UHGV virus genome: UHGV-0210343
Length of the DNA: 49,929 nucleotides
Strand: one strand, 5' to 3'
Origin: a virus
Part shown: in pieces, positions 17,772 through 25,995 of the stretch
How positions within the stretch are numbered: position 1 is the stretch's first letter
How the letters are laid out: each line of letters starts with the position of its first letter
Notes under the pieces: generated by a model
The model's input: the letters and a program-made list of their open reading frames with translations, nothing else
Databases searched by the model: none
Told to the model about the DNA's origin: nothing
Position numbers and translations under genes: made by a program

Positions 17772-18121
17772 TTCTTTACCTCAACATGCACTGGCTTGCC
17801 GTGATAGACTGGAACAACATAGCCTCCTATTTCTGATGCAATACGTTTTGCGCATGATTCATTGCTTTGTGAGTGCGCTATAAATATCTCATCCTCAGTA
17901 TCTGGGTAGTAAGTGCGCCAGCATACTGGATGCTCTATATCAAATCCAATAGATTCGCGCGAGGCTTGCCATATGCCCCACCACCCGTTTAATGGCTGCA
18001 TAACATTCATGCTGTCAAATGCGTGCAGATACCTGTCTCCATTTCTCGCATCAAATATCATTTCAACTGGAATCCCCAGCCTATCTGCTGCATACTTCTC
18101 GAATTGCTCTCTACTTTTCAT
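17768..18121 (-). CDS. Hypothetical protein (117 aa)
   Basis: ATGA-coupled. Confidence 0.4.
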   Translation of the reverse strand: MKSREQFEKYAADRLGIPVEMIFDARNGDRYLHAFDSMNVMQPLNGWWGIWQASRESIGFDIEHPVCWRTYYPDTEDEIFIAHSQSNESCAKRIASEIGGYVVPVYHGKPVHVEVKK

Positions 18122-18393
18122 TTCTCCTCCTCATCAAAATACTTAATCTCGCCATCAACCATGTTTTGCCATGGAATATGCAAATCAGTGCCATTAACTG
18201 ACAGCATGATGCTGTTATCCATCTCTGCGCATCCATCGGCAAAGAAAGTGCTTTTCTTTCCGTTTAGCCACTCAATTGTTACTCTGCATTTTCTTTGTTC
18301 CACTATCCACCCCATCTCTCTGCGATTATTGGCCGTGCGTTCACAGTTGGTGACAAACAGCACGGTTCCTGATTTATGCTTTACCGCCCACAT
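18118..18393 (-). CDS. Hypothetical protein (91 aa)
   Basis: ATGA-coupled. Confidence 0.4.
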   Translation of the reverse strand: MWAVKHKSGTVLFVTNCERTANNRREMGWIVEQRKCRVTIEWLNGKKSTFFADGCAEMDNSIMLSVNGTDLHIPWQNMVDGEIKYFDEEEK

Positions 18394-18905
18394 GACTGGC
18401 GCGCCCCGGCAAGCAGCTTTTCAAACATCATCCTGTCACGGCTCATGCCAAACGGGATGATCTCCTGCCAGTAATATTTCCATGCGCCGCCGGGGAGCAT
18501 TTCGCGGTCAACCTGACCAATGCTTGCCAGATAGCGCATGCGTGCCTTGAGAATGGTGTAGCTCACCCCAATGGCGGACGATATCTGTTTGCTTTTGCTG
18601 CCCGGGTGCGCCTCAAGATGTTGCTGAATAGCCAAATCAAGCGCAGTATTATCGGGGTTGAGAAAATACTTAAAGCAGCGCCTGCCATGGCTGACGCTTT
18701 CCTCTTTAATAATAAATCCCATACCCTCCAGCTCAATCAGATAGCCTGTAACGCTGGCTCGGTTTGTCATGCCCGTCTGCTTGCGTATCATGGCATTGGT
18801 TGCGCCACCACAGCGCTCTATCACCGTGAGTATTTGCGTTTTAAAGTCCATTTGCGCGCTCCAGTGCATCTTGTTTGTAGTCATCAGCGGTATAGAGGTG
18901 GCCAT
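18381..18905 (-). CDS. Putative DNA-binding protein with two winged-helix-like segments (start uncertain, possibly MDFKTQ at 18851)
   Basis: Two ~60-aa segments with wHTH-like pattern (QILTVIERCGGATNAMIRKQTGMTNRASVTGYLIELEG; QISSAIGVSYTILKARMRYLASIGQV). Confidence 0.35.
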   Translation of the reverse strand: MATSIPLMTTNKMHWSAQMDFKTQILTVIERCGGATNAMIRKQTGMTNRASVTGYLIELEGMGFIIKEESVSHGRRCFKYFLNPDNTALDLAIQQHLEAHPGSKSKQISSAIGVSYTILKARMRYLASIGQVDREMLPGGAWKYYWQEIIPFGMSRDRMMFEKLLAGARQSCGR

Positions 18906-19083
18906 TTCTGGTGTTCCATTTGCGTACAGCTGATGACTTGTTAGGTCTTACTCCTGTTCCACAACCGCAATTCCCACACCAAATAAAATGCTTCTTCCCT
19001 TCCAAATCAGAGTCAGGATACACATCATTGCTATTGCAAAACGGACACTCCAGCAGCCCATCATCATTCATCATTGGTTTCAT
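18841..19083 (-). CDS. Lar-family restriction-alleviation-like Zn-ribbon protein
   Basis: ECPFCNSN...WCGNCGCG...VRKWNTRN matches the Lar pattern CPFCG...C..CG...W N R. Confidence 0.5.
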   Translation of the reverse strand: MKPMMNDDGLLECPFCNSNDVYPDSDLEGKKHFIWCGNCGCGTGVRPNKSSAVRKWNTRNGHLYTADDYKQDALERANGL

Positions 19084-19271
19084 TTCGCCACCCATTCACC
19101 AATATTGCTGAAATGCGGGCGCCCTTCGCGCCACTCAATAATTTCGCGGTTAACCTGCCGTTGCATGCGGTTGCGAACATCGCGCAATTCGCTTTCAACC
19201 CATGCTCGAGTGCGGTCTAGTTCTTCCAGCTTGTTCAGCAATTCTTTTTCGTACACCTGATCAGTAGTCAT
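19080..19271 (-). CDS. Hypothetical protein (63 aa)
   Basis: ATGA-coupled. Confidence 0.35.
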   Translation of the reverse strand: MTTDQVYEKELLNKLEELDRTRAWVESELRDVRNRMQRQVNREIIEWREGRPHFSNIGEWVAK

Positions 19272-19437
19272 TTTTTCTCTCCATCAGCACTTTGTAGTGA
19301 ACGCCATAATACTTGAGCACCTGACTATGGTTGTGCAGATACCCATCATCATCTTCAATCGGTAGTCTTACCACGATGTAAAACGCCCGGTAGAGTTCTG
19401 TCCATCCATGACAACATTTGCGCTTCCTCGGCTTCAT
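19261..19437 (-). CDS. Possible small basic protein (start MKPRKRK); overlaps the next ORF by ~80 nt out of frame
   Basis: ORF only. Confidence 0.2.
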   Translation of the reverse strand: MKPRKRKCCHGWTELYRAFYIVVRLPIEDDDGYLHNHSQVLKYYGVHYKVLMERKNDY

Positions 19438-19570
19438 GTGCGGCCTCCATAGCAGCCAGGTCAATACGCTGCTCGATAGATTTAATGATTGACTCCGGCA
19501 CATTAAGCATTTGCAGAGTCTCCCGGCAATCGCGCTTATGAACCTCTGTCACCTCCTGCCACTTCTTCAT
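19355..19570 (-). CDS. Hypothetical protein (71 aa; start MKKWQEV)
   Basis: AAGGTGGTG SD; first gene after the divergent promoter region. Confidence 0.4.
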   Translation of the reverse strand: MKKWQEVTEVHKRDCRETLQMLNVPESIIKSIEQRIDLAAMEAAHEAEEAQMLSWMDRTLPGVLHRGKTTD

Positions 19571-19615
19571 TCCACACCACCTTTTATCATTATGGTACAA
19601 TCTACAACACAGAGT

Positions 19616-19641
19616 ATTGACTAATTGACGTAGATTAGTCA
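19616..19641. promoter_or_regulatory. Divergent promoter/operator: 9-bp inverted repeat TTGACTAAT-N8-ATTAGTCAA embedding TTGACGTAGATT
   Basis: Perfect palindrome centred between the divergent transcription units. Confidence 0.5.
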
Positions 19642-19665
19642 AGATGATTTCACAGGAGAGCGACA

Positions 19666-19866
19666 ATGGCGAGACAACGCAAAGAACCACTGGAAGTACT
19701 GACTGAGATTATCGCTAAGCGCCATCCGTTAAGCCTGCGAGATGTCAGATATTACGCGCACTGCTATGTAGCAATGCGGGAATGGAGCGCTGAAGAAATG
19801 TATGCGTTTGTGCGCGAACACTTCAGCGTGGATGAGAAAAACAAGGTTACGTTGAGGGTGGAGTGA
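19666..19866 (+). CDS. Hypothetical protein (66 aa)
   Basis: GGAGAG SD. Confidence 0.45.
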   Translation: MARQRKEPLEVLTEIIAKRHPLSLRDVRYYAHCYVAMREWSAEEMYAFVREHFSVDEKNKVTLRVE

Positions 19867-20336
19867 TGAAATACAAATACCTGAAGGGGAGTGCTGATTA
19901 TTTTAATGGTCATGAAGATGCCGTTCTTGTTGTGAAATCAGCAACCAGTGGCAAAATCTACTACCTCAGCGCGGATTACGCAGGACGGGATAAGGATATT
20001 GAAAAGGTTGGCGATATCGTTATTGCCCATCGTGAGCCAGTAACTGATGATGACTTGAATGGGTGCACCAGTTCCACAGAAGCCCTCATCACCGAGCGCG
20101 GCAGCCGCTATGGCAAATTCAAGGACGGTGCAGATATCATGCAGTCACTGAAAGACACCATGCGCGACGTTGACGGCTGGGATAACCTGACAGCAAGCCA
20201 GAAGGAAGCACTCGACATGATTCAGCATAAAATCGGTCGCATCCTGAATGGGGACCCGACATACGACGATAGCTGGAAAGACATTGCTGGCTATGCAACA
20301 TTAATTGTTAATGAACTGAATGGGGAGGTAAAGTGA
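19863..20336 (+). CDS. Hypothetical protein (157 aa) with a conserved-looking C-terminal module (ERGSRYGKFKD...GDPTYDDSWKDIAGYA)
   Basis: ATGA-coupled. Confidence 0.45.
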   Translation: MMKYKYLKGSADYFNGHEDAVLVVKSATSGKIYYLSADYAGRDKDIEKVGDIVIAHREPVTDDDLNGCTSSTEALITERGSRYGKFKDGADIMQSLKDTMRDVDGWDNLTASQKEALDMIQHKIGRILNGDPTYDDSWKDIAGYATLIVNELNGEVK

Positions 20337-20545
20337 TGGGTGTTTATGATGAACTTGACGATGCAATTCTGCGCCGTCTTGATGATTCAATCCGTCCTGT
20401 AGATATCGGGTCGATTTGGCGTGAGGTGTTGGGCATTTCACCAGTCAAAAACATCACAATCCTTGACAGGAGAATGCAGGCGCTGAAAAAGAAGTGGCTG
20501 GTTTATAACGTGAAAGGCAAAGGCTGGGCGAGGTTATCGAAATGA
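20333..20545 (+). CDS. Hypothetical protein (70 aa)
   Basis: ATGA-coupled. Confidence 0.4.
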   Translation: MMGVYDELDDAILRRLDDSIRPVDIGSIWREVLGISPVKNITILDRRMQALKKKWLVYNVKGKGWARLSK

Positions 20546-20904
20546 AAAGACTCCTGAGAAACATCGCATGGGATATCTTCCTGACGTGGCCGCTGATTTA
20601 CTTCGGCCTGTTTATGCAGAATGTGTATGCATACAATATGGCTGTGGCTTTTTTCTGGTTCATGTCGATTGCGTCAATCATTGCATCAGTTGGCTTGCTC
20701 TCAAGCAAAGACCTACTTGATAAATCCGTTGCTCGCTACAAAAAGCCGCTATGGATTCATCATAAATACCAGATTGTGACGACATTTTGCGAAATAGCAG
20801 TGATGTTCGCGCTTGGTTATTTCTGGCTTGGTGGGTTTTACCTGACCGCGACGCTGTTTCGGGCTGCCGCCAAGGATAAAGTGGCAGAGGAGGATTGCAA
20901 ATAA
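20542..20904 (+). CDS. Integral membrane protein (120 aa, ~4 TM helices)
   Basis: Hydrophobic helices. Confidence 0.45.
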   Translation: MKRLLRNIAWDIFLTWPLIYFGLFMQNVYAYNMAVAFFWFMSIASIIASVGLLSSKDLLDKSVARYKKPLWIHHKYQIVTTFCEIAVMFALGYFWLGGFYLTATLFRAAAKDKVAEEDCK

Positions 20905-21116
20905 TGCCAATCGAAAATCCAACGCCTCGCATCGAAATCGAAATGGTGGAGTTACACGAACCCGCTCGGCGTGATTATCATGTGCCGAGGCTTGCAGAAC
21001 CAGTAGCCTACATCATCACCAGCAACCGTGGCCGCCGCTATCTGGCTTTTGCTGGTAGTGTTGAGCATCAGAATGCGACCATGTTTGGGTATAAAATTAA
21101 ACCACTGTATGAGTGA
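20895..21116 (+). CDS. Hypothetical protein (73 aa)
   Basis: ORF. Confidence 0.35.
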   Translation: MQIMPIENPTPRIEIEMVELHEPARRDYHVPRLAEPVAYIITSNRGRRYLAFAGSVEHQNATMFGYKIKPLYE

Positions 21117-21123
21117 GAGAAAA

Positions 21124-21273
21124 ATGGAAGAGAAAAAGTATGTTGTTGAGTTCACTGAGGGTGAGCTTAATCAGGTAATGGAGTGTATCAAGCAGGCGTG
21201 GGCTGATGGCTTTGAAGATAAAGACCTTGAGAGCGCCGGAAGCAAGATTGTCGACAGGCTTAATGACCTGTAA
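21124..21273 (+). CDS. Small acidic protein (49 aa; start MEEKKYV)
   Basis: GAGAG SD; ends at the terminator. Confidence 0.35.
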   Translation: MEEKKYVVEFTEGELNQVMECIKQAWADGFEDKDLESAGSKIVDRLNDL

Positions 21274-21274
21274 A

Positions 21275-21302
21275 ACAAAGCCCCTTACGGGGCTTTTTTA
21301 TT
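21275..21302. terminator. Bidirectional terminator AAGCCCCttacGGGGCTT + TTTTATT
   Basis: Hairpin plus T-runs on both strands. Confidence 0.75.
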
Positions 21303-21779
21303 GCGCAAAGAGTTGTACTGGGCCTGACATGTCATTCCTGCTTCTCTTGCTGAGTCAGCATATTCTGCCAGTTGTCTGTTTCTTTCGACAGATTCACTGA
21401 GCAGCTGGGAGAGCAAAACTCCGGTACTGGCGGCTGGATTGCCAATGGACTCAGTGCGGGAATAATCGACGAGCTGCTTTCTGATTGTGGCGAGCTGTTG
21501 CTGCAACCTGCCAGACTTAACAGCAGCAGCGGAAGCATCAGCTCGCGCGGCATCAATACGGCCTTGCGCTTCCTGCTCGATGGTCTTTTTGTCTTGCTCA
21601 TGTTGTTCGCTTGCCTCTTTGTCTTTGACCTTCTGCGCCTCTACGGCGGCCAGATATCCAGAGTTATATTTCTCCTTCCCGTAATTGAACCACTTTCCGT
21701 AGACAATCAGCGCCAGAAGTGCGACGCCGATGATAGCCGCAATGATTTTCCAGTTAGCCTTGAGGATTTGCAGAATCAT
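21285..21779 (-). CDS. i-spanin (Rz-like): N-terminal TM helix plus periplasmic coiled coil
   Basis: TMD IIAAIIGVALLALIVYG then a charged coiled coil; last gene of the lysis cassette. Confidence 0.65.
   Translation of the reverse strand: MILQILKANWKIIAAIIGVALLALIVYGKWFNYGKEKYNSGYLAAVEAQKVKDKEASEQHEQDKKTIEQEAQGRIDAARADASAAAVKSGRLQQQLATIRKQLVDYSRTESIGNPAASTGVLLSQLLSESVERNRQLAEYADSAREAGMTCQAQYNSLRNKKAP
21332..21601 (-). CDS. o-spanin (Rz1-like lipoprotein) fully embedded in the i-spanin gene in the +1 frame
   Basis: Lipobox LSLAGC, Pro-rich mature part, nested out-of-frame inside Rz as in lambda Rz/Rz1. Confidence 0.6.
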   Translation of the reverse strand: MSKTKRPSSRKRKAVLMPRELMLPLLLLSLAGCSNSSPQSESSSSIIPALSPLAIQPPVPEFCSPSCSVNLSKETDNWQNMLTQQEKQE

Positions 21780-21999
21780 TTTTCAGCGCCTTAATCTCTT
21801 TCTTCATGCCGTGCATTTTTCCAAACAGCGAGGCAAGAAGGATGCTGTAGCTGATCGCCTTGACCGCAATCGGCGGGATGGCAGACTTGAGGTCTTCAGG
21901 CATGAAAGCCCATACATGAACCATAGCGTCAGGCCAGAGCTGAATCAGCGAGCAGAATGATGCCCAAATGCCGATAAGCCAGTTACTGAGGCGCTTCAT
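21754..21999 (-). CDS. Putative holin (81 aa, 2 TM)
   Basis: Small membrane protein between the endolysin and the spanins with a charged C-terminus. Confidence 0.5.
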   Translation of the reverse strand: MKRLSNWLIGIWASFCSLIQLWPDAMVHVWAFMPEDLKSAIPPIAVKAISYSILLASLFGKMHGMKKEIKALKNDSANPQG

Positions 22000-22445
22000 G
22001 ACATGTAGACCTGACGCTCCGCAGCGCGGCGCTTAGTTAGTCCGTTCATGACCTTGCCATTGGCACGATTCCACACCCTGAACTGGTCGGCAGCACAGGT
22101 GTAGCAGCGTGCGTTATGCTTCTTTAACAGTGTGGATTTGCCGAAATTCCCAAGCCCGATGTTGTACGCCAGGGACACCATTGCATCGAATTGCCCCTGA
22201 GTGGTCGGCGCGGTGAGCAGTGCTGATACGCCAGATTCAAACTTTGCGACATCATGCCGTAAATATTCCTCAGCCCGCACCTGGCTTGCTGTGTCTCCTT
22301 TTTTAACCTTCGACCCGTTGGGGTAAATGGTTGTGCCATAGCCGATGGTCCACGGCTCCGCCCCTGTTGCTGGGTCAGGGTACGCGTTACCACGATAGCC
22401 TTCAAACTGCTTTATCAGGTCAATGCCAACTTGTGATATTTTCAT
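21996..22445 (-). CDS. Endolysin, T4-lysozyme-like (GH24)
   Basis: FEGYRGNAYPDP...GYG motif around the catalytic Glu. Confidence 0.8.
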   Translation of the reverse strand: MKISQVGIDLIKQFEGYRGNAYPDPATGAEPWTIGYGTTIYPNGSKVKKGDTASQVRAEEYLRHDVAKFESGVSALLTAPTTQGQFDAMVSLAYNIGLGNFGKSTLLKKHNARCYTCAADQFRVWNRANGKVMNGLTKRRAAERQVYMS

Positions 22446-23174
22446 TTAGTCCTCGCGGCTGAATTCTTTGTGATGCCTTATTCTAACATCTTTCACCCAA
22501 TCACTGGCCTCATCTATGTTGTCAAAGCGTCTCTCTGCAACCAGACGCCTTGACGCATAAACTCTAGCCTTCCATTGCGAGGTCCTTTTCTCCCAGCATA
22601 CACCCTTAACGCCAGAGGTGTTGCGAGCACTGGTTCCCTTGTTTTGCTGGTTTTGGCAAAAACTTGCCAGCCTAAGATTCTCAATCCTGTTATCAGTTCG
22701 CACGCAGTTTATGTGATCAATCTCATCTGGCGGCCAAACCCCATAAACCATGAACCATGCCAGCCTGTGCAGCAGGTATCTTTTGCCTTGGATTTGGCAT
22801 TCCAAATATCCTTGTTTTGTAAGGCTTCCAACTTGCTTTCCAATGGTATTGCGAATGGTTGTATTCTGAAGCCAGAAGAACTTACCGGTGACTTTGTCAT
22901 ACCTGACAAAGTCAGACACCTCATTCCCAATAGCCTTACTTTCACACCTTTTTGCTGACCGTCTGCCGTGCTGGGTCCTGGCGCATTTATCGCAGCCACC
23001 ATGCTTGCCATTTAGGTGCGTATCAGGATGGGTGGCAAAATCACCATGCACTTTGCACGTTATTGTTATTTTATTTTTCTTGCCATTGTAGGCGCATGAA
23101 AGGTAAGAAAATCGATTCCCATGCCTTGCTTTGGCCGATTCAACAAATTGATCGGTGGTTATTTTTTTACTCAT
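22446..23174 (-). CDS. HNH homing endonuclease with an AP2 DNA-binding domain and N-terminal Zn-ribbon repeats
   Basis: HRLAWFMVYG...IDHIN..RTDNRIENLRL (HNH_3); GVKGVCWEKRTSQWKARV (AP2); N-terminal HGNRFSY...KITITCKVHGDF repeat like the ORF at 7..681. Confidence 0.7.
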   Translation of the reverse strand: MSKKITTDQFVESAKARHGNRFSYLSCAYNGKKNKITITCKVHGDFATHPDTHLNGKHGGCDKCARTQHGRRSAKRCESKAIGNEVSDFVRYDKVTGKFFWLQNTTIRNTIGKQVGSLTKQGYLECQIQGKRYLLHRLAWFMVYGVWPPDEIDHINCVRTDNRIENLRLASFCQNQQNKGTSARNTSGVKGVCWEKRTSQWKARVYASRRLVAERRFDNIDEASDWVKDVRIRHHKEFSRED

Positions 23175-23204
23175 CTAGCCCTCCATCTTCCAATCCTGTG
23201 TGTC

Positions 23205-23213
23205 ATTTTATCA
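23205..23213 (-). promoter_or_regulatory. Extended -10 TGATAAAAT (minus) for the HNH + lysis operon
   Basis: Same element as at 9697-9705. Confidence 0.4.
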
Positions 23214-23221
23214 CAAAATCC

Positions 23222-23250
23222 TTGACGTAGATTGAAAGATGACCGATGAT
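23222..23250 (+). promoter_or_regulatory. Promoter TTGACGTAGATTGA...-N17-GATGAT followed by a GATGTAGAT element
   Basis: Family motif. Confidence 0.5.
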
Positions 23251-23279
23251 GTAGATACACAAAACACAGGGGCAGCAAA

Positions 23280-23570
23280 ATGAAAAAATCAATCGTAGCA
23301 GCAATCATCATGGCAGCATCTTTCGGCGCATCAGCTGGCGAGCTGTGCGATGCAGTAGGTGAAGTCGGAGAGGCAGCAGCAGAGGCGCGTGATGCAGGAG
23401 TACCCCTTGCTGTCGCTGTAGCAGCGGTGTCGAATTCATCAGCCAATAAGCAGGTTAACGAAGTCAGCAAAGTGACTGTAGAAGCCGCCTACAAAATGGC
23501 GAACAAGTCACCGAAAGAAATGGAGGAAATCACCAAGGCCGTCTGCCTGTCAACGCTCGGTGATAACTAA
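23280..23570 (+). CDS. Secreted small Ala-rich protein (signal peptide, ASA cleavage site)
   Basis: MKKSIVAAIIMAASFGASA signal; AGGGGCAGCAAAATG SD. Confidence 0.5.
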   Translation: MKKSIVAAIIMAASFGASAGELCDAVGEVGEAAAEARDAGVPLAVAVAAVSNSSANKQVNEVSKVTVEAAYKMANKSPKEMEEITKAVCLSTLGDN

Positions 23571-23701
23571 TGTGCCAGCGCCTGATGTCTAAAGCTCGCG
23601 CGCGGTATGTCAAACTGGTAATGCGCGGAATGGATGAGCATGATGCATGGCTCAACGTGATGGGTGAGTTGAAAAGTATTTATAATGGAGAGAAGAAATG
23701 A
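23570..23701 (+). CDS. Small basic protein (43 aa), coupled by TAATG and ATGA overlaps
   Basis: ORF with translational coupling. Confidence 0.3.
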   Translation: MCQRLMSKARARYVKLVMRGMDEHDAWLNVMGELKSIYNGEKK

Positions 23702-23952
23702 AATTAGTTGATAAACAAGGCAACCCGATAGAAATTAACAGTGCGTATAAGTACGTGTTCGCGCAGCCTGGTAACGATACGACTATTCTCATCACCAAGG
23801 ATCTGACGCCTGATAACAAGGTGAGATGTTACGACATTAACTTTAAATTTGAAATATGCGTTGAAGCTGGTGATTTGTTCAAGCCATTAAAATATGGCTT
23901 CGATGATTATGAAATGAAACTAATCGATAAGGCGCTAGGAGAGAAGAAATGA
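23698..23952 (+). CDS. Hypothetical protein (84 aa)
   Basis: ATGA-coupled. Confidence 0.4.
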   Translation: MKLVDKQGNPIEINSAYKYVFAQPGNDTTILITKDLTPDNKVRCYDINFKFEICVEAGDLFKPLKYGFDDYEMKLIDKALGEKK

Positions 23953-24854
23953 AACTGATTGATATTTTGGTGCAGGAGTTGCCGAAACGTGGCGGGTGGT
24001 CAGCGAAGGCATCGCACGCTGTCTACGCAAAACGTTTCAGTAGAGTGCTTTTCACTAAGGGTGGCGCACCAGTCATCGTTGGCGACGACGTTTCAATCTT
24101 CGAAAACGATGGCGCCAGTCGTGATGTCTTTTGGGTTCCCGGTGTTGTGCTTGATTGCGAAGAACCGATTGACTACACCACCTCCATCATCACCCGCGAG
24201 CAGTACGAAGCCGCTCTGGCCGCTAAAAATGACGGCTGGATTGAGTGGGGTGGTGGTGAGTGTCCGGTGCCGTGCGGAACAGCGGTTGACGTCAAGCATC
24301 GTTGCGGGGCGGTCAGCGAAAACCAGCAAGCGTGGCCGAAACATCATAAAGAAAGCGATGTAGTGGTTAATCCATTTTCTAATGCTGGGCAGGCATTTTG
24401 GCGGCATGAAAATTCAGTTGTGGATATCATCGCCTACCGCCTACACAATCCTCAGGAAGTCACCGAAGCCGATGACGAAACCGAGCTGAATGAGTGCATC
24501 TGTCAGGATGTTGCGCAGGTGTGGAGCGGTGATGGGCTACCTCAGGCTGGGTGTGAATGTGAGTATCAATATAAGGTTCACGGAAGTGAGTGGCACCCAC
24601 TGGAGTGCGTGGCTGTTGATGGTAAGGCGGTTTTTGGGTGGAGTAATAACACCCCGGTAGCTCTGCAATCAAACACGCATAATTTTCGCCCAATCCGCTC
24701 AGAAGCCGATAAGAAGGGTGATGCTGCTGTTGAGGATATTGATTACTGGCTGCCTGAGTTTATTGCTGATACACCAAACGAACTTTATCATGCCAAGAAA
24801 ATTTACGATGCCATTGCAGCCGGTAAAGTTCGCGGCGTGAAACTGGAGGATTGA
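23949..24854 (+). CDS. Cys-rich hypothetical protein (301 aa)
   Basis: Multiple C..C and C.C pairs (ECPVPCG; CICQD; GCECEYQ); no family recognised. Confidence 0.45.
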   Translation: MKLIDILVQELPKRGGWSAKASHAVYAKRFSRVLFTKGGAPVIVGDDVSIFENDGASRDVFWVPGVVLDCEEPIDYTTSIITREQYEAALAAKNDGWIEWGGGECPVPCGTAVDVKHRCGAVSENQQAWPKHHKESDVVVNPFSNAGQAFWRHENSVVDIIAYRLHNPQEVTEADDETELNECICQDVAQVWSGDGLPQAGCECEYQYKVHGSEWHPLECVAVDGKAVFGWSNNTPVALQSNTHNFRPIRSEADKKGDAAVEDIDYWLPEFIADTPNELYHAKKIYDAIAAGKVRGVKLED

Positions 24855-24856
24855 TA

Positions 24857-24988
24857 ATGAAGCCCAAGATAGCGTTCCTTATTGGTGTTATTTTCTTCGC
24901 ATTCTCATTGATAACAAAGAGCGATACTGACCTTGTTATCGCGCATGTATGGTTTGCAGTATCAGCCATACTTGGTGCAAAAAAATAA
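24857..24988 (+). CDS. Small membrane peptide (43 aa, 2 TM)
   Basis: GGAGGA SD; hydrophobic. Confidence 0.35.
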   Translation: MKPKIAFLIGVIFFAFSLITKSDTDLVIAHVWFAVSAILGAKK

Positions 24989-25018
24989 CCAACAAGCCGC
25001 CATCAGGCGGCTTTCTTG
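24989..25018. terminator. Bidirectional terminator AAGCCGCCatcaGGCGGCTT
   Basis: Hairpin with T-tracts, between convergent units. Confidence 0.65.
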
Positions 25019-25995
25019 TGCGTATCCTGCCATGCTTCTCGCTGCTTATCGAGCCTTTCCTGAGTCTTCTCAAGTATCACCGGCTTGCCATCCATTACCA
25101 GCGCTGGAATCTGAGCGCAGTGACAATTCCTGCGGTTTGCGCCTTCGCTGTAGAACTCATCAATCTCTTCCGGGGTGTAATACTTTCCATGACGCGCGGC
25201 ATGAGTGACGCGGGTGGTCTTCATCAGCGCCGACTGCCAGAGCATGATGGTGTCCATACCCAGCGTGACCTGTGCCTCCTTCACTTCGCGCCTGTTGGCT
25301 TCGCGCAGGGTATTGGTAATTTCAGTCTGAGCAATAGAGCGCGCGTAACTCCTTGATACGTCCATGCGGTTAACGATGTTTTGCTCAACCACTCCCGGAG
25401 CGTCGCCATTTGCAATGCCAGCAGTGATTACTTCCGCCACCTGCTGACGAGTGTAATCAGATAGCCCGCCCCAGTCGTTATACGTGCGTGTGTACGCAAG
25501 TTGCAGGCGGTCGAGGTACGGCTGCGAATACAGGATTTCAGCGAGCGGCCTGCTGTCTTTATATGCATTTGACAGGCTTCCGAGGTCTGAGTTTGCCTTC
25601 TGCGTACCGGCATACATAGCATCGCTGACATAGGCCGAAGCCCACAGGCGGCCGTGGTTGAAGTCGTCACCTTCCAGCAGCATGCCATCGAGAATGCTTT
25701 GAAGCTCATCAAGAAAGTTGGCCGAGCGATAGGCAGAGAAGTCGTAATAATAATTACCAGCCTCCGCATTGCCTGCTGACACCGGGATGGTCTGGAATAG
25801 TTCCTTCACCTGCTTTTTCATGGTTACGTAGCGACTGTCAACGTCGCGCACCATTTTGCTGACCCAACCCATTGCGTTGAGCGGGTCAGTCAGGCTCATG
25901 CTTATTTTTGGCTGTGGAAGCCTGGCATTAACTTTGAGGAGGCGCATCGGTCTGCCCCTGTTGCTGGTCTTGCTGCTGGCCTTCCTGCATTCCAT
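25003..25995 (-). CDS. Head morphogenesis protein (Mu gpF / SPP1 gp7 family)
   Basis: Position right after the portal; C-terminal motif [12 protein letters not shown] typical of the F-like family. Confidence 0.55.
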   Translation of the reverse strand: MECRKASSKTSNRGRPMRLLKVNARLPQPKISMSLTDPLNAMGWVSKMVRDVDSRYVTMKKQVKELFQTIPVSAGNAEAGNYYYDFSAYRSANFLDELQSILDGMLLEGDDFNHGRLWASAYVSDAMYAGTQKANSDLGSLSNAYKDSRPLAEILYSQPYLDRLQLAYTRTYNDWGGLSDYTRQQVAEVITAGIANGDAPGVVEQNIVNRMDVSRSYARSIAQTEITNTLREANRREVKEAQVTLGMDTIMLWQSALMKTTRVTHAARHGKYYTPEEIDEFYSEGANRRNCHCAQIPALVMDGKPVILEKTQERLDKQREAWQDTHKKAA

